From sequence record OZ035759.1: DNA of 64,000 nucleotides, one strand, 5' to 3'. Under the pieces are notes generated by a model. It searched no databases. It was not told where the DNA came from and worked only from the letters and a program-made list of their open reading frames with translations. Source of the stretch: Mosigvirus mar005p1. A program made the position numbers and the translations under genes. The first letter of the stretch is position 1. Each line of letters starts with the position of its first letter. Positions 36,616 to 46,496 of the stretch are shown here, one piece after another.

Positions 36616-38429
36616 TGGTGTTTAACCCTATGCATGATTTCTTTATTTTTACCGAGATTAAATCCGCGTTCGTTCGGATTTCCCAAATAACCGCATGTTC
36701 TTCTTATGGTGTTCATCTTTTTAGGATCAGTTTCTCCGCAAACTGAACAAACAAATCCGTTTTCAGTAGGAGTCATTTCATGGGTACTTCCGCATGTAAA
36801 ACATTTATCTACTGGCATATTAACACCAAAATAATCTAAATGTTGTGCAGCATAATCCCATACAGCCTCAAGGCCCTTTAAGTTATTTTTCATATCAGGA
36901 AGTTCAACATAAGAAATGTGACCACCTGTCGCAATGAAATGATATGGCGCTTCACGAGAAATCTTTTCAAACGGAGTAATATTTTCTTCTACTGAAACAT
37001 GGAAACTGTTAGTGTACCAGCCTTTATCGGTAACATCCTTTACATTTCCGTATTTTTCTGTATCGAGTTTACAGAAGCGATAACAAAGGTTTTCAGCAGG
37101 AGTAGAATATAAACTAAAAGCAAATCCGGTTCTTTCAGTCCACTGTTTAAGATGAGCATTCATTTTAGTTAAAATTTCTTGTCCAATATCACGACCGACA
37201 AGAATATTCAATTCGTGAATACCAATGTATCCCAAAGACACTGAACTTCTACCATTTTTAAATAACTCAATTATGTCATCATCAGGTTTAAGACGAACCC
37301 CGAATGCACCTTCTTGGTAAAGAATAGGAGCAACAGTAGCTTTAACTCCTTTTAAGGAACTAATTCTACACATCAAGGCTTCAAAACACAGATCCATTCG
37401 TTCATTAAATAGCTCAACAAATTTCTGTTCATTGAACTGTGTTCCAATATAAGAATCTAATGCGATGCGAGGAAGATTCAGTGTTACAACGCCAAGATTA
37501 TTACGTCCATCAAGAATTTCATTACCAGTCGAATCTTTCCATACGCTCAAGAAACTACGGCAGCCCATTGGAGAAACTGGAACTGAAGAACCGGTAATAG
37601 CTTTATTATTCTTAACCGAAATAATGTCAGGATACATTCTTTTGCTTGCACATTCTAACGCAAGTTGTTTAATATCATAGTTCGGATCGTCTTTATAAAG
37701 ATTAACACCTTCTTCAACGAACATAACAAGCTTAGGGAAAATAGGAGTTATTCCATCACGACCAAGACCTTTAATGCGGTTTTTAAGAATTGCCTTCTGA
37801 ATCATTCGTTCAGTCCAATCGGTTCCCGTACCAAATGTAATTGTTACAAAAGGAGTTTGTCCGTTTGAACTAAAGAGAGTATTTACTTCATATTCATAAG
37901 CTTGGAATGCGTCATAGACATCTTTTTCTGTTTTAGATTGAGCATAATTCAGAATGTCTGGTATTTGCCATTTTTCTGCATCTTCAACATGTTTAGCGTA
38001 TGTGCGTTTAACATAAGGAGAAAGAACTTTATCTACATTAGCAAAAGTCGTTCCGCCGTATTGATGGGAAGCAACCTGTGCAGTAATTTGTGCCATAATT
38101 GCAGTAGCAACACCGATTGATTTAGGAGTTTCAATCTGTGCATTACCAAGCTTAAATCCATTCTCAAGCATCCCCTTTAAATCTACTAAACAGCAATTAG
38201 TAAAAGGAAGAGCAGGGGAATAATCAATATCGTGCACGTGAATAATTCCGCTTTCATGCGCTTTCATAATAAAAGACGGGACCATATTTTTGGCAATGTG
38301 TTTAGACACAATACCAGCCATAAGGTCCCGTTGAGTTGGAAAAACACGAGAATCTTTATTAGCATTCTCGTTTAAAAGGTCTTTATTAGTTTTATGAATT
38401 AATCCTTCAATTTCTTTTTCAATTGTCAT
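36612..38429 (-). CDS. nrdD: Anaerobic ribonucleoside-triphosphate reductase NrdD
   Basis: 605 aa; C-terminal glycyl-radical motif RRTCGYLG and Zn-ribbon CFTCGS...CSVCG. Confidence 0.92.
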   Translation of the reverse strand: MTIEKEIEGLIHKTNKDLLNENANKDSRVFPTQRDLMAGIVSKHIAKNMVPSFIMKAHESGIIHVHDIDYSPALPFTNCCLVDLKGMLENGFKLGNAQIETPKSIGVATAIMAQITAQVASHQYGGTTFANVDKVLSPYVKRTYAKHVEDAEKWQIPDILNYAQSKTEKDVYDAFQAYEYEVNTLFSSNGQTPFVTITFGTGTDWTERMIQKAILKNRIKGLGRDGITPIFPKLVMFVEEGVNLYKDDPNYDIKQLALECASKRMYPDIISVKNNKAITGSSVPVSPMGCRSFLSVWKDSTGNEILDGRNNLGVVTLNLPRIALDSYIGTQFNEQKFVELFNERMDLCFEALMCRISSLKGVKATVAPILYQEGAFGVRLKPDDDIIELFKNGRSSVSLGYIGIHELNILVGRDIGQEILTKMNAHLKQWTERTGFAFSLYSTPAENLCYRFCKLDTEKYGNVKDVTDKGWYTNSFHVSVEENITPFEKISREAPYHFIATGGHISYVELPDMKNNLKGLEAVWDYAAQHLDYFGVNMPVDKCFTCGSTHEMTPTENGFVCSVCGETDPKKMNTIRRTCGYLGNPNERGFNLGKNKEIMHRVKHQ

Positions 38430-38899
38430 TTTAAACTCTTTCTAAGCTGCTTCTTAAATGAAGCTATTAACTGTGTTTTGGTGTCAGATTCATTATATTC
38501 AAATCCTCTTTGAAGCATCTCGGCCATCATTTCCTCTTTTCCTAAACGAGAAAATTCCTTTGATTTATCTCCAACAAAATTAGGATGGATATTATTATCA
38601 GAATAATCTTGTTTCAAATAAGCAAGAAGAGCTTCAAGCCATTCGAGGTAGTCGACATCACGACCTTTAAGACCAGAACGGTTGAACTTATGCTTCATTT
38701 GACCTTCTGCTGCGTTGCACAGGTTACATAGTAAACCACGAACCTTACCAGCTTTTGGCCCGTTTAATTCATGGTCGTGGTCAAGATGGTTACCTTGAAC
38801 ATCAGGGTCTAATTCACGGTGGCAAATAGGACACTTACCGTTCTGTGCATCATAAAATTTTTGTTTTTCTTCTTTATATTTTGCGCCGGATAATAACAT
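38426..38899 (-). CDS. 49: Recombination endonuclease VII (gp49)
   Basis: 157 aa; near-identical to T4 endo VII as recalled (CPICHREL...HLDHDHELNGPKAGKVRGLLCNLCN). Confidence 0.93.
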   Translation of the reverse strand: MLLSGAKYKEEKQKFYDAQNGKCPICHRELDPDVQGNHLDHDHELNGPKAGKVRGLLCNLCNAAEGQMKHKFNRSGLKGRDVDYLEWLEALLAYLKQDYSDNNIHPNFVGDKSKEFSRLGKEEMMAEMLQRGFEYNESDTKTQLIASFKKQLRKSLK

Positions 38900-38934
38900 G
38901 ATAAACCCTTACCTTAAATAGATAAGGGTATTTA

Positions 38935-39360
38935 TTAACTTAAACGTCTTTCTAAATATTCAATGTATTCTGCGGCTGCTTGCATCAGGTTACCTTCATA
39001 GCCGTCGTTATTTTCTTGTCCGGCTAATTTAGCTAATGCATAAGAAATTCGTTCACCTTCGAATTCACCAAGTTTACTACCTAGCACATCCGCAATATCA
39101 GCCGAATCAATTTCTTCGAGTTCATCTATTGAATGTGATTCCCAGAAGCACCAAAGAGAAGTATCACGGTCATAGATGCAAAGTTTCTCACCAGTGTTCA
39201 ACATCACTTCAATAATGCCATGGTCGCCATAACCATCTTCGGTCGTAGTACCAATTACCTTGATGATTGTATCTTTCTTTAATTCAGGAAACTTGACTTG
39301 TAGTTCTTCATCTTCTTTAACAATCTTGAACCATTTACCGCGAGTTTCAGAAATATTCAT
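38935..39360 (-). CDS. hypothetical acidic protein (T4 pin-region position)
   Basis: Track ORF trimmed to MNISETRG...; start uncertain. Confidence 0.45.
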   Translation of the reverse strand: MNISETRGKWFKIVKEDEELQVKFPELKKDTIIKVIGTTTEDGYGDHGIIEVMLNTGEKLCIYDRDTSLWCFWESHSIDELEEIDSADIADVLGSKLGEFEGERISYALAKLAGQENNDGYEGNLMQAAAEYIEYLERRLS

Positions 39361-39361
39361 A

Positions 39362-39532
39362 TCAATATTCTCTATAAAAGTTACGATGAGAACGTTTAGC
39401 TTTGCGAAGCTGACGTTTAGTAGGACGAACTGTAAATGGTTGTCCAGAGAAAAAATTCGGATCGGTTTTAATAAGCAAATACCAATCATGTTTGCCATTT
39501 TTTAATAAACGGTACAATAATTTAACTTGCAT
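39362..39532 (-). CDS. hypothetical protein with C-terminal VRPTKRQ-R-basic motif
   Basis: Track ORF 39362..39559; paralogue of 10187..10399. Confidence 0.4.
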   Translation of the reverse strand: MQVKLLYRLLKNGKHDWYLLIKTDPNFFSGQPFTVRPTKRQLRKAKRSHRNFYREY

Positions 39533-39660
39533 AATAATCTCTTCCCATTTCCATATCAATTAATTCATTTATTGAAGGTTCATCATAACATGGTTCTTCG
39601 TCGTTGTAAACCGTTTCGACGTCTGGCTCGACAGTCTCCCATCGAGCAGAATACCACGGT

Positions 39661-40017
39661 TTAACCCCGGAGTTTATTGAGCTCTTCATAATCAATCCAG
39701 GATTCTAGCCCTGACGGCAGGTCACATTCAATGTTCCACAGAAGCTCTTCAATGGCTTGCAGGCGATTATATTCTTCAACGGTAATGGTAACCATTGGTG
39801 CAACCGGTTCTGCCTTTTTAACCATCATATCGTTCATCAGGACGTAAAGGTCATCACGAACGACAGTGTCGTTCCAACCCCATGATTTGGCTTCGTAAGC
39901 TAATGATGAAGGGAGCACATTTAAAACTTCAATAATAGTTGGAGCATCAGGACCAAGTTCATTGGCACAAACTTCGTATACATCTTGGAAATCTTTAAGA
40001 TTTAATGAATATGTCAT
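39661..40017 (-). CDS. hypothetical protein
   Basis: 118-aa ORF. Confidence 0.5.
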   Translation of the reverse strand: MTYSLNLKDFQDVYEVCANELGPDAPTIIEVLNVLPSSLAYEAKSWGWNDTVVRDDLYVLMNDMMVKKAEPVAPMVTITVEEYNRLQAIEELLWNIECDLPSGLESWIDYEELNKLRG

Positions 40018-40277
40018 TTAAAATATTCTCGCAGTTGATCAAATCCACCAATGTGACTTCCATCAGGAGCAAACACTTGAGGCATAGTCAATCCAACTTG
40101 TGATTCACGTCCAAGCTTAACAAGAAGCTCAGTAATTTTCTCATCGTCGAACACACCTTTTTCTGGCATAACATTAATGAATTCGAATGGCTGTTTCTTA
40201 ACAGTCAGCAATCGTTTCGCATTATCACAATAAATGCATTTATGAATAGTAGAGTCATACCCGTACACTTTAAACAT
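40014..40277 (-). CDS. nrdC: Thioredoxin/glutaredoxin NrdC
   Basis: 87 aa from MFKVYGYD; CIYC active site; near-colinear with T4 NrdC. Confidence 0.85.
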   Translation of the reverse strand: MFKVYGYDSTIHKCIYCDNAKRLLTVKKQPFEFINVMPEKGVFDDEKITELLVKLGRESQVGLTMPQVFAPDGSHIGGFDQLREYFK

Positions 40278-40683
40278 TATTTTTCCTTTCATCGATTAAA
40301 TATGCAACGCCAAATACAATACATGTAATAAAACCTGTGATACAGATAGAAACCAACAACACTGTACCAAAGAACCAAATCAAGTTATCTTTAGTAGTTT
40401 GTTTGATATCCATCTCACGAATTTCTATAGCTATCGTATCACCTTTATTCAGAAGCGTATAAAATGACGGTGATACACGCCTGTCAAAAACTCGTCCTTG
40501 CTCATCTTTATAGACTGCAATAAATTCTAATTTAGAATATTTTCCTGTAGATTGGCCTGAGATTAATTCCACTACCTCCACAGGAATTACTTTAGTTTCC
40601 ATGTAAGTATTCTGGCTGTTCCAAATGAATGGGATGATGGCAAAAACTAAAGCTGCAATAAAACAACGAAGGCTATATCTCAT
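40270..40683 (-). CDS. membrane protein
   Basis: 137-aa ORF with N- and C-terminal hydrophobic segments. Confidence 0.5.
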   Translation of the reverse strand: MRYSLRCFIAALVFAIIPFIWNSQNTYMETKVIPVEVVELISGQSTGKYSKLEFIAVYKDEQGRVFDRRVSPSFYTLLNKGDTIAIEIREMDIKQTTKDNLIWFFGTVLLVSICITGFITCIVFGVAYLIDERKNNV

Positions 40684-40988
40684 TATAATGTTCTCTCAAA
40701 TTTGTGGAAGCATTTACGGCATTTCAATTTCAAGTTATCAGTGGTCCAGTTAACCAGTTGGACTTGGATAGTTCCACATTCCGGACATGGATGTTTTGCT
40801 GCCGATTTGGCAGCATTTTCACGTCGTTCAACCATTTTCATAATTTCGTTCCATGCCGGAGGAACGAACTCTTCTTCACTATGAATTTTATCTCGTTGAA
40901 CAAATTCAATCTTTGAACTATCGTCAATAAACTTAACCAAGCGGTGATTAGTGTTCATATCAATATCTTCTAAAAGACGTAGTTTCAT
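40683..40988 (-). CDS. hypothetical zinc-ribbon protein
   Basis: 101 aa; CPECG...CRKC. Confidence 0.5.
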   Translation of the reverse strand: MKLRLLEDIDMNTNHRLVKFIDDSSKIEFVQRDKIHSEEEFVPPAWNEIMKMVERRENAAKSAAKHPCPECGTIQVQLVNWTTDNLKLKCRKCFHKFERTL

Positions 40989-41938
40989 TATAACACCTCA
41001 ATGGCATTTCGTAAACCGTCCGCTTTCGCATTCAGAGCTTTTAACGATTTAGTTTGTTCTTTAATCTGGGCTTCGACTTCTTTCAGACGAGATTTGAGGT
41101 ACTCACGTTCTTCGCTCAAGTTGTCAACTTTTTCTACTTTAGGTTCTTTAATAGTCTTAAGTTTATACTCGTTAGGGTTCTTCAACTTAATTCGGGTACG
41201 AGAACTATATAACATTGAACCGTTATCTTCGGATTCGTCGAACGTTTCAACAACATCCATAGTCTCTAACAATGTAATAAGTTTATAAGACAACGAACGA
41301 ATAGTTTTGTTGTGCTTATTAATTTCTTCGGCTTTCATGGTGCCGAGATTACGTGAGTAGTAATAAGGAACCTGGATATCAATTGATAATGATGCGTTAC
41401 CGTTACCAGTTGGTTTGAATACTGCAGTAACCCAATCTTTAACATGAACTTTATTTGTACGATCATCGCCGCCTGTGAATAATTTACGTGAATGTTTAAA
41501 AAGCATATTCACTTGGTTATTGAATTCACAAGCAAATTTATCAGCAAATTTAGTTTCAGGAATGATAGCTAACCAATCAGCCAAATGAGTCTTTTTAACA
41601 TCATTAACAATAGTGAATTCAACCAAATCGGTTTTAGTTGTCACAGATTTAATAAAGCTCGGCTTCATAAAGTTTTTAATGTTATCGCGAGCTACAGTAG
41701 AAGATAATAAACGAGAACGTTTGAACCATTGAAGCAACGTCCCTAACGAATGAGAATACGCATTTTGAGTATCTTTACAGATATGATTTTCTTGGCCTAT
41801 GTATGTACAAAAATCGCGAAGAATACCACTTACTACATCTCGGTGTGGAACATCAAATCCTAGTGCACCAACAGCGCGCTGGGCATGAACGTTAGCGATA
41901 AGACCGGCAAAGTATTCAATGTAATGTGAACGTGTCAT
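40988..41938 (-). CDS. hypothetical protein with C-terminal coiled coil
   Basis: 316-aa ORF. Confidence 0.55.
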   Translation of the reverse strand: MTRSHYIEYFAGLIANVHAQRAVGALGFDVPHRDVVSGILRDFCTYIGQENHICKDTQNAYSHSLGTLLQWFKRSRLLSSTVARDNIKNFMKPSFIKSVTTKTDLVEFTIVNDVKKTHLADWLAIIPETKFADKFACEFNNQVNMLFKHSRKLFTGGDDRTNKVHVKDWVTAVFKPTGNGNASLSIDIQVPYYYSRNLGTMKAEEINKHNKTIRSLSYKLITLLETMDVVETFDESEDNGSMLYSSRTRIKLKNPNEYKLKTIKEPKVEKVDNLSEEREYLKSRLKEVEAQIKEQTKSLKALNAKADGLRNAIEVL

Positions 41939-41966
41939 AATATTTTCCTCTCGTTAAGATAGATTC

Positions 41967-41996
41967 ATTATACTCCAACCATCCTTGGTTGTAAAC
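41967..41996 (-). promoter_or_regulatory. T4-type early promoter (palindromic spacer CCAAGGATGGTTGG)
   Basis: Minus strand GTTTACA-~18 nt-TATAAT; cassette repeated at ~42985-43015. Confidence 0.5.
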
Positions 41997-42000
41997 TATT

Positions 42001-42960
42001 TTATGATTTTAACGCATTCATTGCGTTAAAAAGTTTAGAATACTGCAACTGGAGATTCGTTACAACACTTTGAGCATCACGAAGCTTAGCTTGTGCTTTG
42101 TCAAGTTCAACGGACAGTTGGTCTACAGTAGCCTTGATTTGATTGTAATGGTAATCTTCGGCCGGAAGAAGGTCATTAGAAACATTTAGTTTTACTGCAG
42201 ACAGTTTGCACACATTTGGCAAACCTTTAAACATTGATTTACCCGAAGTAGAATAAGCACTTAGGACTTCGGCTTGTTCAATTGGGGTCCCAGTAAGCGA
42301 TGCTTCAAACAATGCATTTTCCTTTTTAAGATTTTGATAGTATTCAGAGTCTTTGTGCCACCATGGCGCAGGAACCTTTTTACCAATAGATACACGAGCC
42401 TGGATAGCGATATGGCCCTTATTCTTGATAATGTCAATAATATTAAGCTCACGAGAATAAATCGCTTTAATCTGGTGGATATTATCACCTAAAACTTCCA
42501 ACGCTTGGTGGAATACACGAGCAACGTTATCATTCTTAGGTTTATACGTAAGAGTGAACTCGTTCTCACTGATAACCATGATTTCTAACTTATCGTAAGT
42601 ATATTTCAAATGTTTCATGTTAATTGCTTGAGGACGAATACGAGAAGCAATGGCCATCAGATTGTTAAGGTTATTCCGGAACTGCTTAGCGAAATATTGT
42701 CCTTCACCACCAATACAAAAATTACGAAGTTTCTGTTTGGCTAATAAACGGCTGAACTCACCATTTTTAATGAACTCTTTAACGGGTGTGTTAGTAACGC
42801 ATTCAAATTGAGTAAACTTACGAGAAGTAATCCCATAATATGAACAGACTTCCTCAATCTCTTCAGGAGTCTTTACAGGCATACGGATAGGATTAGGTCC
42901 TGGAGTATATGCGTTCGAGGTAAATTCTTTGATAAGTTCTCTACGTGTAATAAAAGCCAT
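42001..42960 (-). CDS. hypothetical protein with C-terminal coiled coil
   Basis: 319-aa ORF. Confidence 0.55.
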   Translation of the reverse strand: MAFITRRELIKEFTSNAYTPGPNPIRMPVKTPEEIEEVCSYYGITSRKFTQFECVTNTPVKEFIKNGEFSRLLAKQKLRNFCIGGEGQYFAKQFRNNLNNLMAIASRIRPQAINMKHLKYTYDKLEIMVISENEFTLTYKPKNDNVARVFHQALEVLGDNIHQIKAIYSRELNIIDIIKNKGHIAIQARVSIGKKVPAPWWHKDSEYYQNLKKENALFEASLTGTPIEQAEVLSAYSTSGKSMFKGLPNVCKLSAVKLNVSNDLLPAEDYHYNQIKATVDQLSVELDKAQAKLRDAQSVVTNLQLQYSKLFNAMNALKS

Positions 42961-43015
42961 TTTATATTCCTCATGTTGAAAAATTTATTATACTCCAACC
43001 ATCCTTGGTTGTACA

Positions 43016-44011
43016 TCATTCCTTAAGAAGTTTTACTACTTGAATAAGATTAGCTCGTTCTGTTTTATTTTTACCGTTTAAGCCTGCTAATCGTGAGATT
43101 TCATCGTCAGTCTGTTGAATAGTTACATTAAGTTCGTTAATCAAAGCTTCAAAGTATTTGATTTGCTCAGCATGTTTTGATTCAAATTTCTGAACCGGAA
43201 TAACGTCTTGGTTTAGTTCGTCAATAAGGTCTTTAAGAGCATCTTCTTGGTTGATATCATATTCAACTTCTTTTATTTCTTCAACGAGCTCGTCTTTATA
43301 TCTAACGTCTTTTAGTCCTGGAGCTGGTCCTGAAATCTCTTCTTTAAGAGTACAAACATACCCAATACGGTATCCAATGCCGTCTCGCTTGATATCAACT
43401 TCGTCGATAAATCCACAATGTTTAAGACCAGAGCCGATTAGGTTAAAATATCCTTGACGTCGTCCTTCAAACGTTACACGAACTACTAAGACAGTTTTGC
43501 CACCGACCTTTTGAAGCTCACATTTATAAAAGTCAGTTGAACCTGAATAACGTGGATGAGTTTTAAAGTTCATCTGACGATCTAGGCCCATTTGTAAACG
43601 TGCTGCTACGGCCATAAAACGTGTTTGGTTCTCGTTAAGATGAGCAACAATCCATTTCAAAGGCATTTTACACTGTTCACGACCGAACAAATCAGTACGT
43701 CCTAGATTACGCAGGATGTTGTTAGAGTTAATCATCGACAGAACGTTAAGTTTATTCAGCGCGCTGAAGATTCCATCAGCCATTGATTTTCCATAACCTT
43801 TACACGCTTTAATAAGTGCTCGCGGCAGATTAGTATAGATTTCAGACGGCATATGAAAATCAAATTTACTAACCAGTAATTGATGAACTTGGATAGCAAT
43901 TTGTTCATAATTAAGTGCTCTGCGATCGTTATGGTCTTTAAACCACACTTTAATCTGTGAAGCACATAAACCGTTAATTTCATGTTTTACCGCATCAGAT
44001 GTAATGCTCAT
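43016..44011 (-). CDS. hypothetical protein with C-terminal coiled coil
   Basis: 331-aa ORF. Confidence 0.55.
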   Translation of the reverse strand: MSITSDAVKHEINGLCASQIKVWFKDHNDRRALNYEQIAIQVHQLLVSKFDFHMPSEIYTNLPRALIKACKGYGKSMADGIFSALNKLNVLSMINSNNILRNLGRTDLFGREQCKMPLKWIVAHLNENQTRFMAVAARLQMGLDRQMNFKTHPRYSGSTDFYKCELQKVGGKTVLVVRVTFEGRRQGYFNLIGSGLKHCGFIDEVDIKRDGIGYRIGYVCTLKEEISGPAPGLKDVRYKDELVEEIKEVEYDINQEDALKDLIDELNQDVIPVQKFESKHAEQIKYFEALINELNVTIQQTDDEISRLAGLNGKNKTERANLIQVVKLLKE

Positions 44012-44073
44012 AACTATTTCCTCAGATTGAATTGGAACTCAAAACCATTATAACCCGTCCTTGGGTAAAGCGT

Positions 44074-44601
44074 TTATGCGTGAACCGTCTTTAAACGTTC
44101 TTCAAATTTCCGAAGAGTACTAATACGTTCTGCTTTCTGTTTTGTATAGTTTGCAATACGTTCTGAAGTGAGAGCGTATCGTTCGTTTACTGTTTCTTTC
44201 ATGAAGTCAGGGATTTCACGAGAAGCTTTAATTTCATCAAACTTATCGAGTACTGCCTGGTCTTCAGCGATTAAATTTTCGTACATCTCGATATCTTTCT
44301 TGATAAACTCGATATCTTCCTGGGTTACTTTGGATAAACGAGATGCTTTATCCTTTTTGTACTGCTCGTTAGTTTCACGAGACCAGAATAATGTACGTTT
44401 TTTGTTAGTGTTTTTGTAGACTTCCACAATTCCAACTGAATCGATGATAACAATCCAATTCCAGCGAGATTTGAAAATCTGACCTCCGTCCACGGTAATC
44501 TCGTTACCATAAGCAACGTCATTAAAGAACTTGCTTTGTGCTTCAGATTTAAATTTACCGTCGTTATAATTTACCAGGTTGAAAATATCTTTAGCGTTCA
44601 T
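44074..44601 (-). CDS. hypothetical protein
   Basis: 175-aa ORF. Confidence 0.55.
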   Translation of the reverse strand: MNAKDIFNLVNYNDGKFKSEAQSKFFNDVAYGNEITVDGGQIFKSRWNWIVIIDSVGIVEVYKNTNKKRTLFWSRETNEQYKKDKASRLSKVTQEDIEFIKKDIEMYENLIAEDQAVLDKFDEIKASREIPDFMKETVNERYALTSERIANYTKQKAERISTLRKFEERLKTVHA

Positions 44602-44628
44602 GTTTTACCTCCAGTAGTTGATAGGTCT

Positions 44629-44657
44629 ATAATAACATAACCATAGACCTTGTAAAC
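44629..44657 (-). promoter_or_regulatory. T4-type early promoter
   Basis: Minus strand GTTTACA-17 nt-TATTAT. Confidence 0.55.
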
Positions 44658-44659
44658 AA

Positions 44660-44947
44660 CTAAAAGAAACTTTTTTCGGTATTTTTTCCACTGAACCAAA
44701 CAGACTTCGGGATTTTTTGTAATTTTTCAGATTTAAGTTTCTCTTCCTGTTCTTTCTTATATACACTCTTGTCGTACTGGAGCATCTCTATGGCATTCTT
44801 TTGCAAATGATCTAAGGTAATTAAGGCTTTAGTTTTTCCTTTCAAGGAAGAGTCCTGGCGAACCTCCTCGCTATATTGCATCGTAGAACTAACCATACGA
44901 TGAGCATAGAGTTCGACTGCGGCTTTAATTTTTTGCATAAAATCCAT
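44660..44947 (-). CDS. hypothetical protein
   Basis: 95-aa ORF. Confidence 0.5.
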   Translation of the reverse strand: MDFMQKIKAAVELYAHRMVSSTMQYSEEVRQDSSLKGKTKALITLDHLQKNAIEMLQYDKSVYKKEQEEKLKSEKLQKIPKSVWFSGKNTEKSFF

Positions 44948-45084
44948 AACATATCCTCTTTGATTTGTACATCATTATTTTAAATATTTCTATGCCCTCA
45001 GTAGGTTCCTGGTGTCCTTCTTTGAGGTAAGCCATATGATTATTCATCTTTATGGCTTTTGTTACCTCAGAACTTCCTATAAGC

Positions 45085-46086
45085 TTATTTCAGTAAAGTT
45101 ACTTCAGAGATTTCCTCCCAACCATCTTTATCAGTTGAAATAAAATCTGCTACATAAAGAGCCGTACGTAATGATACATTGCGAAGACGAGATACGTTAG
45201 CCTTCATCCAGGACAATGCTTTATACGTTTCTGCATCCGTCAGACCACGTTTCTGCATCATGTCAGTAGATAATATTACATCTTCAACTCGAACCATAAT
45301 CTCTTCATTAGAGTGTACTCCAAGGTCGAGATACACTGAACGAGATACTAAAGCTTGAAGGTGTGGAGCAAGTTTCGAACCCCGTTCTAACTCTTTATCG
45401 ATATCAACGTTTGTAATGAAAACGATAGTACCTTCAAACTCAAATTCTTTATCAATACCCTTATCATCGAGATAAGATGACGCAGTGCTCCAACAAACTT
45501 TGCGTTTATCTCCGGTATCTAATGCTGCTTTAAGAAGGTTCAAGATGTCCATATCTGAGAATACGTCAACGTCGTCGATTAAGAGAACGCTGTCTGCATC
45601 ACGGTTGAGCCAAAGTTGTTCGTAAAGGCCAATACCAGAGATTTTACCATTAATGCTTTTGTATTTGATGAAACCATTATCATTAGCATTATTAAGTGCT
45701 CTATCCAGAGAATACGTCTTACCAATACCGGCTGCACCTGAAATAATGAGTGAACGAATTTTGCCATCGATAATGCCATTCGTCATCATGTTCATTACTT
45801 TAAAGCGTTTGTTGATACGAGTTTTCATATCTTCAGTGCTTTCAACAACTGCAACTGGTGATGTCTCAACTCCTTCCATTACGATGTCTGATTTGAAGAC
45901 CCATACTCCACGTTCAGAACCATCAATCATAACGAAAATTTTACCGTCACCTAAGTGGGAGCATTCAGGATTAAGCTTTGCCGGGAACCAGGTCTTTGTG
46001 GCAACATAAGAACCAGAGATTTCGTTATTACGATAGATACCTTTTTTGATTTGAACGTTGAACATTTTATTCTCCAATTTACTCAT
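45085..46086 (-). CDS. P-loop AAA-type ATPase with N-terminal domain of unknown function
   Basis: 333 aa; Walker A GAAGIGKT, Walker B LLIDDVD. Confidence 0.6.
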   Translation of the reverse strand: MSKLENKMFNVQIKKGIYRNNEISGSYVATKTWFPAKLNPECSHLGDGKIFVMIDGSERGVWVFKSDIVMEGVETSPVAVVESTEDMKTRINKRFKVMNMMTNGIIDGKIRSLIISGAAGIGKTYSLDRALNNANDNGFIKYKSINGKISGIGLYEQLWLNRDADSVLLIDDVDVFSDMDILNLLKAALDTGDKRKVCWSTASSYLDDKGIDKEFEFEGTIVFITNVDIDKELERGSKLAPHLQALVSRSVYLDLGVHSNEEIMVRVEDVILSTDMMQKRGLTDAETYKALSWMKANVSRLRNVSLRTALYVADFISTDKDGWEEISEVTLLK

Positions 46087-46154
46087 TTCGTTTCGATAGG
46101 TCTATAATAACATATCCTAAAAGCATGTACACTACTTTTTAAAAATATTTTAAC

Positions 46155-46180
46155 CCCCTAAAGGGACCCGAAGGTCCCCA
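46155..46180 (-). terminator. hairpin (UUCG-type loop) downstream of the secreted-peptide gene
   Basis: Minus strand GGGACC-UUCG-GGUCCC followed by UUUAGGGGGUU; weak U-run. Confidence 0.4.
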
Positions 46181-46183
46181 CAT

Positions 46184-46465
46184 TTACTTATCGCACTTAG
46201 CAACATAATTAGGCATATCACAGAATACAGAGCGAGTAACTACTCGGCCCTTTGACCATGCTTCAGTTGCTTGTCCGGCCGTGCTATTAATATAGCTTGA
46301 TTTGATATTCTCAATACCCTGAGAATGTGATGCATTTACCGAACCATTGGAAGGCCCAGAAGACTGGTTACCACCAGCTCCTGCACTACCGCCGCCTGGA
46401 CCTGTGGTAGCACCAACAGAGAATGCCATCATTACTGCGAATAAACCAATTACTAATTTTTTCAT
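46184..46465 (-). CDS. small secreted Gly/Ser-rich protein with C-terminal Cys pair
   Basis: 93 aa; signal peptide MKKLVIGLFAVMMAFSVGA; Gly-rich linker; C-terminus CDMPNYVAKCDK. Confidence 0.5.
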   Translation of the reverse strand: MKKLVIGLFAVMMAFSVGATTGPGGGSAGAGGNQSSGPSNGSVNASHSQGIENIKSSYINSTAGQATEAWSKGRVVTRSVFCDMPNYVAKCDK

Positions 46466-46496
46466 ATTTACCTCAAGTTAAGGGTTATTTATCTAT

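Noticed and set aside
42261-44522. Small ORFs 42261..42488, 42274..42492, 43756..43983, 44168..44419 and 44325..44522
   Set aside because: All nested in or antisense to larger minus-strand genes.
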